Source of the DNA: Octopus bimaculoides
Taxonomy: Eukaryota
Reading direction: 5' to 3'
NCBI RefSeq assembly: GCF_001194135.2
Contig: NC_068992.1
Location: 16,831,380-16,895,379, forward strand
Length of the DNA stretch: 64,000 nucleotides
Below the pieces are notes generated by a model that saw only the letters and a list, made by a program, of their open reading frames with translations, was not told the origin of the DNA and ran no database searches. Both the position numbers and the translations under genes were made by a program. Of this stretch, positions 11,380-22,420 are shown in pieces (position 1 is the stretch's first letter; each line of letters opens with the position of its first letter).

Positions 11380-12870
11380 CGGAAATTTACTGAAAACGAA
11401 TTTCATTATTACTCTGAGAACATTTATACAACAATTGCTGAAGCCACGTAATTAGCACCTTAGCCTTGCAAGTATGGCAACCTCTTAGTTATGGCTTCTG
11501 ATATGAAGCTTTTAAAATACTTCTGGGCAAATAATGTGTGCTGAATATAACCGAAAGTGGTAGCGTATAATATTCTACTGGACAATATTATGTAGTGTAT
11601 AATCTGTTGTACACTATATTGCAGCTAGTGCTAAAACATTCTTCGAATAACAACAGCAATTCTTCGCCGACAGTTATGGATACTAAGGCTAAGGGCAAAA
11701 AAATGTTATTATATTTTTTTTATGTCTTTTCAGTAGGCTTCAGGTTTTAGTGCCGTAAGCGATTAGGATCTTGTTCAAAACGGGGGCACCAGTTTTCATT
11801 TATGTTTCATGTAGTGTTTTTGGTACCGAAAGACTTTCAAACTTCGTATACTTATCTATTTTGTGTTATAGAACAGAAAAAAATTTTTGTATTCGAATTT
11901 ATTTCATGTAAAAAATTGTCTTATTTCGATAATTTCAACCAATCACTGACAAGTGTTCAGCTGTTTACACTTACTCCTTTGGCAGTTTTAAGCGGTGTAA
12001 AGCGTATTTAATCTCCATTACTTCTGACATTTTGCAGAGAGGCAACACACGTGTGTTCGTTTTCCCTAACCCTAACCCTCAGTCCTTATGGGTAGGGATG
12101 TAAGAATCACGTAAACTACCAGTTCATAATTTGTTTATTCTACAGTTTGGACAGCCTTAAATGGAAGATGATAAACGTTCATGTAGAAGACGAAATTCGC
12201 TTCGAGAATTGAACTCAAATTACAAATGCTGATATGATGCAAAAGTCATTATTATTCATAAACAAATTTGAAGATATAGAACCAAAATGACTACTTTGAG
12301 AATCGATTGTAAACTTCTTTCAGTTTTTCCTACTAATGTTCCCTTAGGGATGTAGTAATGCTTTCATTATTAGTGGTTGATATCGCCGATGTCATATATA
12401 GCCAACTCGAGAAAGAACCAAGCAGAGCAAAGGACATTTAAACGCAAAATGGTGTGGAGTAGCTGATATGTATACGTTGATACGGTTCACGTGATGTTTG
12501 ACCATTATTTCATCAGTGGCATCATAGAGGGATTGTTGAACTGGACATTAACTAACTGACCCATTTCTGGCTGGTTGCATTTCCGGCCATTCGCACAAAC
12601 TGTAAATCATTTGTTACACCCATGATCAGCGGACACTTATTTTGTGATAGCTTCAGACTTATTACATTACATCAAGAGAATGGAAGTTGAAAATGAGTAG
12701 AATTTCCTTACAATTAATTACATTAGGCTTCATATAATGTTTACTTGAATGATCGTCTGCAAAGATCGAAACTACGATCTTTAGCAATGCAAATGACAGA
12801 AAATTTACGCAAATTGGGAATAAGAAACAAAATTGAAAACTTTTCAAAAAGTGTTCATCTGTTGGACATA
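11380..12870 (-). mobile_element. Decayed piggyBac-type DDD transposase relic
   Basis: Manual minus-strand translation gives piggyBac-like blocks in the correct order: SILLM*CNK..VSADHG (~12690-12620), DEIMV..YISATPHHFAFKCPLLC..GY (12514-12398), NLFMNN (~12260), HNCRRR..RRMF*H*LQYSV (~11680-11590). Many stops and frameshifts; no TIRs found. Confidence 0.5.
12063..12078. repeat. Short (CCCTAA)n telomere-type repeat
   Basis: ccctaaccctaaccct, about 2.7 units. Confidence 0.6.
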
Positions 12871-12902
12871 CACACACACACAAACACACACACACACACA
12901 CA

Positions 12903-12975
<73 letters not shown>

Positions 12976-12978
12976 ACT
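12868..12978. repeat. (CA)n microsatellite
   Basis: Seen directly in the sequence. Confidence 0.95.
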
Positions 12979-13556
12979 CGCACTTTCACAAGTGGCATAA
13001 TAAGAAAGTTTAATAACACTTACTGCTGATATAAAATACATCAAACAACCTTGTACGTTGATACAAATTCTCTAATTTAATTCTTTATGAGATCCGAGTG
13101 GTAAAATCAAACAATCAAATTAAATTAAAAACGTATGTATTATTGTGTTGCATATTTAACGAGTCATTGTGTATAAAAATCATTAAGTATGATTACGTCC
13201 ATCTTGTCAAGGGTCATCAGAAGCACCGAAGTTTCCTGCCTGTGTGCTTCCCTCTCATGTTCACCTCCAACTTGACCTTGGTTTTGATATCACATCTATC
13301 TTAATAAATGAGTGGCAAGCATCTTATGAAATAACGATTCGACAAAGTTTACGGTATCAATGAGAATATAACGGTGCCAACTCGAGATTTAGTACGACTC
13401 CTGACACTAGAATTTGATTCTCAAATCTTATAAACACCAACCAGTTTTATGTCGATTAAACACAAACACACGCAACAGCAGTTTGTATTTATATTCTCGT
13501 TCTGTTTTTGTTTCTTTTCTTGTTTCTTCCTCTCTATCTTTCGTTGTTTCTTTGTT

Positions 13557-13609
<53 letters not shown>

Positions 13610-13918
13610 CTCCGTTTCTCTACGTCTGTGATATTGGCAGTTTCCTGATTGCACCTATATTCATACAAACATAGATACATATATACGCGTACGGGAAAAC
13701 CTTTTTTTCAGTCGAGGGCTTATATGCCCCATTATTAGACTATTTTCGTTAGTCATTGCGCGGTGATAGCTATAAGCTTTAAGCTTATAAAATACTAATA
13801 GGAATAATGGTCGAAAGTGTCGCTTGGGTAAAACAGTTAACTTAGAGAACTTATTTATAGTTTGTCTTCGATCATGAAGTCAGCTGTAGTGGATAGAACT
13901 GATGTCCTGACTTTTCAG

Positions 13919-13980
13919 GAAACGAATTGCTCTTATCTATTCAATGCACAGAAAGAGACCAAGCGATTAATGCTAGACAG
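13919..13980 (+). CDS. Candidate 62-nt internal exon, product unknown
   Basis: Acceptor CTTTTCAG|G and donor CAG|GTATGT; two of three frames are open. No homology recognised. Confidence 0.2.
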
Positions 13981-14770
13981 GTATGTGTTACATGATATTA
14001 TTTGAAAGGATATAGCGAGATAATATTCAAATATTTTCTATTGATTCTGAAATCTGAAAAACCAATTTGATCTCGTTATTATTTGGACGTCGGATAAATT
14101 TAAATATCACCTTCGTATTTACTCCAATACTCGTCAGTTCTTATCACACCCAGCAGCCTAGGATTATATCCACGCTATTATGTAATCTGGAAAACACAAA
14201 CTTGACTGATTACACATTATTCAAAGCCTACAATGTATCTACGCGCGTGCGTGTATCCGTCCGTGCGTGATCGCTTTCGAATTGATTTTCACAAGGAATT
14301 TGCGAATTTCTTTTTTTATTTATACGAACGAGAGCATAAAGGTATTTACATCAAATGCCATGTGTTAAAGACGTATTGTCTTGACAAATAAAACAAGGAT
14401 TAGGGAGACAATCTTTAGGATAGAATACATCAAGTTTATTTGCCATCTTCAAGAAACGAAAGGTAAAAAAAATACAAACGTTTATTTCTATGAAAGTTTA
14501 GTGCATTTTTAATTTTTTTTCCTTGGAATAGTCATCTTTTATTCTAGAATTTCATTTTCGGCGTGGTAGTTTCACAAAGTTTACTGAATCAAGAACTTAT
14601 TATTCAATAGTGTGTATGCAAGAATAAGAATATTAAAAATACTGTTCCCTCTCTAACAAAGAACGAAATATATATATGTGTGTGTTTGTGTGTTTGTCTG
14701 TGTTAAATAAAATGAGACAACAAAGCCAAGGCAGTTGCAAATTTCTAGGATATTTATAAAGAGAAAGGTA

Positions 14771-14818
14771 GTCTTACAGCTGTTTCAAGGATATGATGGA
14801 TAACCCTTCATCAGAGAC
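14771..14818 (-). ncRNA. Minimal type I hammerhead ribozyme (PLE-type)
   Basis: Minus strand: GTCT-CTGATGA-AGGG..CCTT-GAAA-CAGCTGT-A-AGAC. Intact core, helix I 4 bp, helix II 4 bp (one G-U), loopless palindromic helix III ACAGCTGT, GUA triplet. Confidence 0.75.
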
Positions 14819-15234
14819 GATAGGAGAGAGTTAAATAGAGTTAAATAGTTAAGTCTATTGTAGACTTCAATATAAGAAAATCATTTTGGAAAGGGAGAGA
14901 TATAGGTAGTATAAATAGAAATAAGATAAAGATTTTACAGTTACAGTTGTTACAGTTGCAATTCGATTATCCGAGGAAAATGCTGTGTAGATTGGGTACA
15001 CAGGCCTCTTGTCTATGGTATGTAAATTCCGATAGGAGTTCATATTTTGTCATTACATATGGATAGTGTGGAGACATTAATTCTATATGCTGCTCATTCG
15101 AACGGGTCTTGTAGTGTGAATGAAATTTGACAGAAGTATTGGTAGGAATAGGTAGATAGAGAGAAGAGAATAGATATGTATGCTAGAAGGAGGATAAAGG
15201 TATTGGACAAAAGGAATAGTGGAGGAAAGAAAGA

Positions 15235-15305
15235 AAGAAAGAAAGTAAGAAAGAAAGAAAGAAAGAAAGATGAAAGAAAGAAAAGAGGAAAGAAAGAAAT
15301 AAAGA
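15235..15305. repeat. (GAAA)n microsatellite
   Basis: Seen directly in the sequence. Confidence 0.85.
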
Positions 15306-17117
15306 AAATGCAAAATGGACTACTAGATGGTGGTCAAGATATTGTGAGGGTGTGGTGAACGGAGTGTTGTCAGTAGATAAAAAGGAATAGGGGAGGGGTA
15401 GAAGGAAGAGATAAGAATGTAAGGAAGGAATATGTGTGCGAAGTGGGAGGTAGGCTGATATGTTTGAAAGACAATAACCTGGAGAGATGGGTAAAGAAAA
15501 TGGTACGGCGGCTTCTACCTCATGAGCTTTCCTCAAAATTAATTTCACCAAGACTGCGAGAGTGGATAAGGCATAAATCATGTAATTTTCCACTATACCT
15601 CCAATAATCCACACAGTATTATAACATTGTTAAACGCAAAAATAATAATAATAATAATAATAATATTAATAATAATAACAAAACAAGAAAGCAACCCTTG
15701 AATATTTTTGTTGCTCTACAAATCTTTTCAGGAAGATATGGCTATCCGAATACGGGGCAATATTTTTAATCTTAATTATCGATACCAGTTCTGGCCACTT
15801 ATTAAAGACACCCAAACCAAACACCGTGAATTGTTCCAATCTAAAACACAGCCATATTAAAGAATACAAATACAAAATCTTACTGCCAAAAAGACCGAAA
15901 ATAATAATAAAATAGATTTACTTTATTAACACTAATCCTATTTCTATTTATTTTATTCTGATTCCAATATCAACGTTACTTCAGTTATCTTCACGGGTAT
16001 TTTTACGGTTGGAAAGATATTAACAATTGCACATTGTATTCCATCGATCCTAAACTTCGGTATTAATCAACATATTCCTCTGTGTCTTGACACTCGACAA
16101 TTAGCCATGAAAATGGTCGTTTATGCGTTAAATGAGATAGATAGATTTTTTTTCTTTCATTACTATTGCACGTATTAGAAAGCAGGAAGCAGACAAAAGT
16201 AATCGGGAGAGTAAACATACTGATCTAAACGTATTAAACATTATTTAGCTTCTTTTCTGGAAATGTTCAGTTCTAATTTTTGAGGTTATTGCTTCAGAAG
16301 TGTATAAAATACATAACAGAAATATACAGAAGCTCAATTCTGTCGATTATATAAATTAATCGCGTACGAAAATAAAAACTTAAAGAGAAATAAATCCCAG
16401 CTTATATTTTGACAGGAAAAAAATATATATTGTAACGTATAAAATATTATTTCCTGCTTCAGAATGTAAACAATATTCCTGGTGATTAACGGTATGTAAA
16501 GATGATCATGACAACTATTAATAAATTTTTATATTCTCAACATACCTTAAAAGTAATATAACGTTTATTATGCGGATACAGTCAATATATCTCTATGTCA
16601 CATATTATATCACTACTTATTACTGGTTAGCAATTTCAATTTATGAGATTTCGTTTGAGAACATTAAATGTTTACAGTTTGATGTGCGGGTGCAAGTATG
16701 TGTGCATGGAATGTGCGCGTGCGTATGTGCATACGCTTGTTTGTGTATAATGTATGTAAGCTGATATGATCATAGATGGAGGTTACATTCTTCTGCAAGT
16801 GGTTTTTAAACTTTCATCGTTTAGTCAATTCCAGACGTTAATTTTAACCCTATCAGAAAATAAATCATTAATTCTATGTTGCTATACAAAATAAAACTAT
16901 ATCTCCTGTGCCCAGATATTAAAATACCAAGATATTAAAATACATCAATCTTTCAATATCCGATAACCTTGATATTACTATGACGGCGAGGTACACGGAA
17001 TTGTAACTTTACTGCCAACGATCAAATTCACTTTCTAGCTTTCAGTTAACGTAGATTTAATTTATACTATTGTCTTCCCTGTTTTACTTGACGGAGGAGA
17101 CAATAACCATAGACATA

Positions 17118-17335
17118 ATCCTTTCTACTAAAGGCACAAGGCCTGAAATTTGGTGGGAGGAAATTAGTCGATTACATCGACCTCGGTCTTTCACAGGTAC
17201 GTAATTTATCGACTCCAAAAGAATGAAATGTAAATTTGACCTCGGCGGAATTTGAGCTCAGAACGTAGCGACAGACGAAATACCTCTAATCAATTTAGTT
17301 CAGCTTGTTAACGATTCTGCCAGCTCGACGCTTGG
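17118..17335 (-). mobile_element. SINE family B
   Basis: Full-length reverse match (ctttctactaaaggcacaaggcctgaaattt..gacctcggcggaatttgagctcagaac..ctgccagctcg). Confidence 0.9.
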
Positions 17336-17359
17336 TAACCATATTCCTAATCTTTTCTA

Positions 17360-17535
17360 CTCTAGAGGGGTGGGGGTGGCCAGATGATTAGATCGACCTC
17401 AGTACGCAACTGGTACTTAATTTATCGACCCCGAAAGGATGAAAGGCAAAGTCGACCTCGGCGGAATTTGAACTCAGAACGTAACGGCAGACGAAATACC
17501 GCTAAGCATTTCGCCCGACGTGGTAACGTTTCTCC
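17360..17535 (-). mobile_element. SINE family B, tandem with the previous copy
   Basis: tcgaccccgaaaggatgaaaggcaaagtcgacctcggcggaatttgaactcagaacg; close to consensus. Confidence 0.9.
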
Positions 17536-17986
17536 GAGCACGATGCTTGTTAATCATATTCATAATGATCCATTTGTTCTCATTACACGGGGGCTTTTTT
17601 TTTTATGATTGCACCCAATAACTAACTACTGCATTTTTTTCGTTATATAATATACCAGGTAATTGCTTCTGTATTATATCGATTAATTATTCTAAATTAA
17701 CTTGTCATCATTCAATATAAAATACATTGTTGATTTATTGTTCCTTACTTTATGCAATATTGCTAATCTTATCTCTTGTCTTTGTAATTTTATTAAACTA
17801 CGAGTTACCAAATTCGTTCCCCCTGTACAAATCGAGGGGTTGTTTTATTCTAATCAGCTATGAACGAAAGATATTTTGGGGATTTTCCAGGCGTAACCAC
17901 TCCGACCGTAACTTTTGCGTCTGAATTAAAGTGAATAAGATCTGGATTTCTCTTTTTAAGATAATAATATGCGAAATAAATTACAT

Positions 17987-18410
17987 TTAGATGTATGTTT
18001 TAACAGTTTGGATGGCCAGATGTCGACTTTTTAAGTAAATTACTCCGCACTTCTTGAGTCCAAATTCCATTCTAATATCGGTACTAAAACAGTGAAGCAT
18101 GTTCACCAAGGAACTCACTTGTGTCTCATCTTTGCCAAACAGTTTCAAATCATACATGAAGAGGAGGTGGTTGATTGTTTGGGATTTTTCCTTTAATTGG
18201 TACCCCAGGTTCATTTGCCTGAGTACAAATATCAGGGGTATCATGCAGAGAACGGACAGCAACGGAGATAGGCTGTCACTCTGGAAAATCCCGCTTCTGA
18301 TACCCAGGGTGCTCAAGTTTTTCCGTAAGATGTCAGTTCAGTTTTCCATCCCACCATATTTCCCTTCAGAACACACGTTACATTCCTCGCAATTCCAAAC
18401 AGATTGAAGC
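17987..18410 (-). mobile_element. R4/Dong-clade LINE reverse transcriptase fragment
   Basis: GIFQSDSLSPLL..MIPL..INHLLFMYDLKLFGK..DIRMEFGLKKCG = RT motifs with QG and DD mutated; frameshift upstream (WKTELTS). Confidence 0.85.
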
Positions 18411-19757
18411 ACTCGATGATCCACGAAAGTATCATTATTATTATTACTATTATTATCTGGGATTTCTAAACTAAGAAATAGAATTATTCTAACCCTGATA
18501 CGTAATGAAGTAGTTTATGTTTGTTCTAAAATTTTCTTAGAGTAAAAGACAATGACGTTCGACGCAGAATTTTCAGTCGGAATGTACAGGATCCGAATTG
18601 AGCATCATGTAGTATTTTTATCACCTGTTTTCTGATTATACCATATTAATGGGATCGATCATTAAAGAGTGTTATAGATAACCTGATATAAATCATTTTC
18701 GTGTTAAAAAGATGTTCAGCGACTATGCAAAAAAAAAAGAAGAAAAAATGGGGCCATAAAGTAAGATTAATGAAATTTTGTACAAAGTTTTCGTATCAGT
18801 AATATGTTATATTTTGATTTTATCTTTCGTTCTTGAAAGTTGTTCGTCTAAAACTTTGATCTCTCTTAGGAAATAGACAGATGTTTAATTTTGTTACAAT
18901 TTCGTGAAAATATAACCTATGAAATTTTCAGAGATAAAATTCATGTTCACACCTAATCCATTACGGATGGTAATATTTCAATTTAATTATATATTTTCAT
19001 TACTATATTTCTTTAACTTTCAGAATCGATAGGATGAGAAGTAAAGTACTTCTCCTAATTTCGATACAGCGCTCTACGTTTTGAGTTCAAATCTCGTCGG
19101 AGATATCAGGATAGATTTCCTTTCAAACTTCTTCAGAAGATTTACTAATGTTACGATTCGATTAATAGGTCATCACCCAAAATTTAGACCCTATGACTAT
19201 GTCATGAACACCCGTCATGAAATCGTCTTTGTACGCAACAATGGAGTATGGGAGAGCATGAAAGTATGAAAGGATGAGATTCATAGTGAAAGCCTCGCTT
19301 TCATCCATGTTTCACCAAAGGAGTTTTCTCCCAGGGAACAATCAACGCATCCTTTTCATCAAGCATTTCTACCGAAGCGGCTCCTGAAGCCGGACGAGTG
19401 ATATTAAGACGTAATATATATATGGAAGGGAGGTTAAAAATGCAATTTAGATTGTCAAAGATTGTCAAAAGTAAAGTGTAAAGCTCTGTATGAGCTGGTT
19501 ATCACGAAGGTATTATAATACAGATATACATTCTTTGATAAAAATAAGAACATTTTTAAAAGAGTTTACAAGAAAATATTTAAGAAAGTAATCAGAAGGG
19601 GACTACAAAAAGTATTTTGAATTCAATAAAAATCAAGTATGTAAGATAGTATATATATACAGAGAAGGAGATATATTTAAGTATTCACAAAAAATTGTAG
19701 AGGAATAACTGACCTGTCTTTCTGGCAGTTTCTCTTGTGTAGCTCGATTGCTGTGCG

Positions 19758-19764
<7 letters not shown>

Positions 19765-19817
<53 letters not shown>

Positions 19818-20003
19818 GAGAATGGAGCATGTGGAGCAAGAAGACAAATAGACAGACAAACATACAGAGAGACAGACAGACAAACATACAGAGAGACAGA
19901 CAGACAAACATACAGAGAGACAGACAGACAAACAGACAGACAAACAAACAGACAAACAGACAGACAAACAGACAGACAATTAGGTAGGTACGTACGTACG
20001 TAC

Positions 20004-20052
<49 letters not shown>
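19765..20052. repeat. (GT)n plus compound (GACA)/(GTAC)/(GATA)n with a 24-bp higher-order unit
   Basis: cagacaaacatacagagagacaga repeated about 3 times at ~19853-19925, then (GATA)n. Confidence 0.9.
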
Positions 20053-20055
<3 letters not shown>

Positions 20056-21436
20056 GTGCGTATATGCGTGTATATGTACGCGTTTGTGTGTGCGTGCGTG
20101 TTTATATACTCAAAATACCGATTTATGAAAATATATGTCAAACATTTCAAGCAAAGAATTATATTCATTATCAAAAGATAGTAATATATAAGTGTGTCTT
20201 CATATATGCCTGTGTTGCACAGAGTATTTCTCTTTGTGCCTCAGTACAATAAGATTACAACTAGAAATAAAGAAATTGGTAGTATTTAAATACATTCCAA
20301 ACACGTAAATTTTACATGCTGCATACTCATTACAAATTAATTACTACATTATTGCAATTCTTTGGAATTCAAGCTCTCGACTCGACTACAATTTCTGAGT
20401 ACAAAATATATTTTTCATACAAATATTTAGATGAAACTTAGTTCGTATTAGTGATTACCTTGCAACAAATTCAAATACGATTTAAATACGTTTCTAATAA
20501 ATTCAATATTTATTCAAAAATTATCGAATAAATTAAATATAATTAAAAAGACATCTTTTACACGTGAAAATTTGTTTTCAATATTAGTTTACACACACAC
20601 ACACACACACACACANNNNNNNNNNNNNNNNNNNNNNNNNNNNNNNNNNNNNNNNNNNNNNNNNNNNNNNNNNNNNNNNNNNNNNNNNNNNNNNNNNNNN
20701 NNNNNNNNNNNNNNNNNNNNNNNNNNNNNNNNNNNNNNNNNNNNNNNNNNNNNNNNNNNNNNNNNNNNNNNNNNNNNNNNNNNNNNNNNNNNNNNNNNNN
20801 NNNNNNNNNNNNNNNNNNNNNNNNNNNNNNNNNNNNNNNNNNNNNNNNNNNNNNNNNNNNNNNNNNNNNNNNNNNNNNNNNNNNNNNNNNNNNNNNNNNN
20901 NNNNNNNNNNNNNNNNNNNNNNNNNNNNNNNNNNNNNNNNNNNNNNNNNNNNNNNNNNNNNNNNNNNNNNNNNNNNNNNNNNNNNNNNNNNNNNNNNNNN
21001 NNNNNNNNNNNNNNNNNNNNNNNNNNNATATATATATATATATACATACATACATATATATACATATGATGTTTAGGCATGTAAAATGTCGGCGGTGAAG
21101 TTGAATATATTTAAAATAGTCTACAGGAATATTAAACGATTTATTTCAAGCAGTTTGCAATAACTCCTTAAATAATTAATTTGCTAATTAAATCATGGAA
21201 TAAAATCATGAATAAACTTTATAGCTAGCTGTATTACAACTATACATCGAAAATATTTCAGTTTAATATGTAAAGTTCGCTGGAAAATGGAGAATCTCTT
21301 TACCTTACAAAATACACATAAAATCATTTTAGAAAATTCTCCGGTTTTAACACACGACTGAATCGTTTCCATAATACAAGTATTTGACGAGAACAAGAAA
21401 CGTAATTGGCATTTGACTAGTGGGTTGTTAAATCGC

Positions 21437-21738
21437 ATGCGTTGTGGTTAGAGCGTCGGGCTCACAATCATGTGGTAGTCAGTTCGATTCCGGTACCGCA
21501 CTGTGCGTTGTGGTCTGGCACAAGACATTTTATTTCACATTCCTCCAGTCCTCTTCACTATAGAAATGGGTTGCGCCATCACTCGTGTAAAGCTGTATCG
21601 GCTTTTGACTTCCCTTGGATAACGTCGGTGACATGAAGAGAGGAGGCTGGTGAGTATGGGCTACTTCTGGTCTTCCATAAACAACCTTGCTCGGACTAGG
21701 TTCCATTCTATAGTCATTCGTGACCAAAGGGATTCTTT
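21437..21738 (+). mobile_element. tRNA-headed SINE with CORE-like domain
   Basis: tgtggttagagcgtcgggctcacaatc..GTTCGATTCC B-box; core caagacattttatttcacattcctccagtcc..tagaaatggg; distinct 3' tail. Confidence 0.8.
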
Positions 21739-21949
21739 ATGAAGATAGGTTATTCCATAGATGCACAGCGCAAATTTTTGGCACAAAGTATGTTGACAGA
21801 CGATAAAAAATAGTATTTGGTTGAAAGGATCCGAACGTCGAATATTTTACTTGATTGTCTGGTGCTAGATAGATTCAGATATTTGTTGTTTCGGTTTATT
21901 TCATACATAAAGTCTTCTGTTTTAATAAAGTCACTGTTTTAATTTCAGG

Positions 21950-22420
21950 CATAAGAAGGTAGAACGAGGAAACAAGAATCTTACATTTTAGACTTGTCTT
22001 TCGTCAGGTTTTTAGAACTATTACCTGGTACTTGTTTTCCTTTTAGCAGAGTCCACTCTTTCGCCCCACATTCAAGTTAGACGTGAGATATGAGGATATG
22101 ATTCCTCCATCAGTCTCACACATTGTGGTTAAGTATATGCTAATTAAGTCATTATGAAAATTTGTGTTGTCCCCAAACTAATATTTAATTCTAACATTAG
22201 CGCCGGGGAACACATTTTGACATGAATCAGCTTAATAAAATCACCTTCAGGAAATGGCTGGTTGTTATATTATATTAGTCAGAAAGAAGAACCCCAGCAG
22301 GTTTTCAAATCTGGGCAGACATGTTGGCAACTGAATACCAGAGGCCATATCTTCCAATTTGCTGCTGAGCCGATGCTTCTCCGTATCGTTCGAAAATTCT
22401 ATTGCATTTTCACTGAATTT
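21950..22420 (-). mobile_element. Decayed hAT (Charlie/Buster/GTF2IRD2-like) transposase fragment
   Basis: QPFPEGDFIK at 22260-22231 resembles KPFTDGEFIK; weak NISL and DE blocks follow; many lesions. Confidence 0.35.

Larger units (their letters stand above)
14690..15640 (-). mobile_element. Probable Penelope-like element remnant hosting the hammerhead
   Basis: Strongly strand-asymmetric block ending in a PLE-type hammerhead; no RT or GIY-YIG motif could be read; boundaries are approximate. Confidence 0.3.

Noticed and set aside
13772-13792. TATAAGCTT-T-AAGCTTATA palindrome
   Set aside because: Short, AT-rich and isolated; plausible by chance or local slippage.
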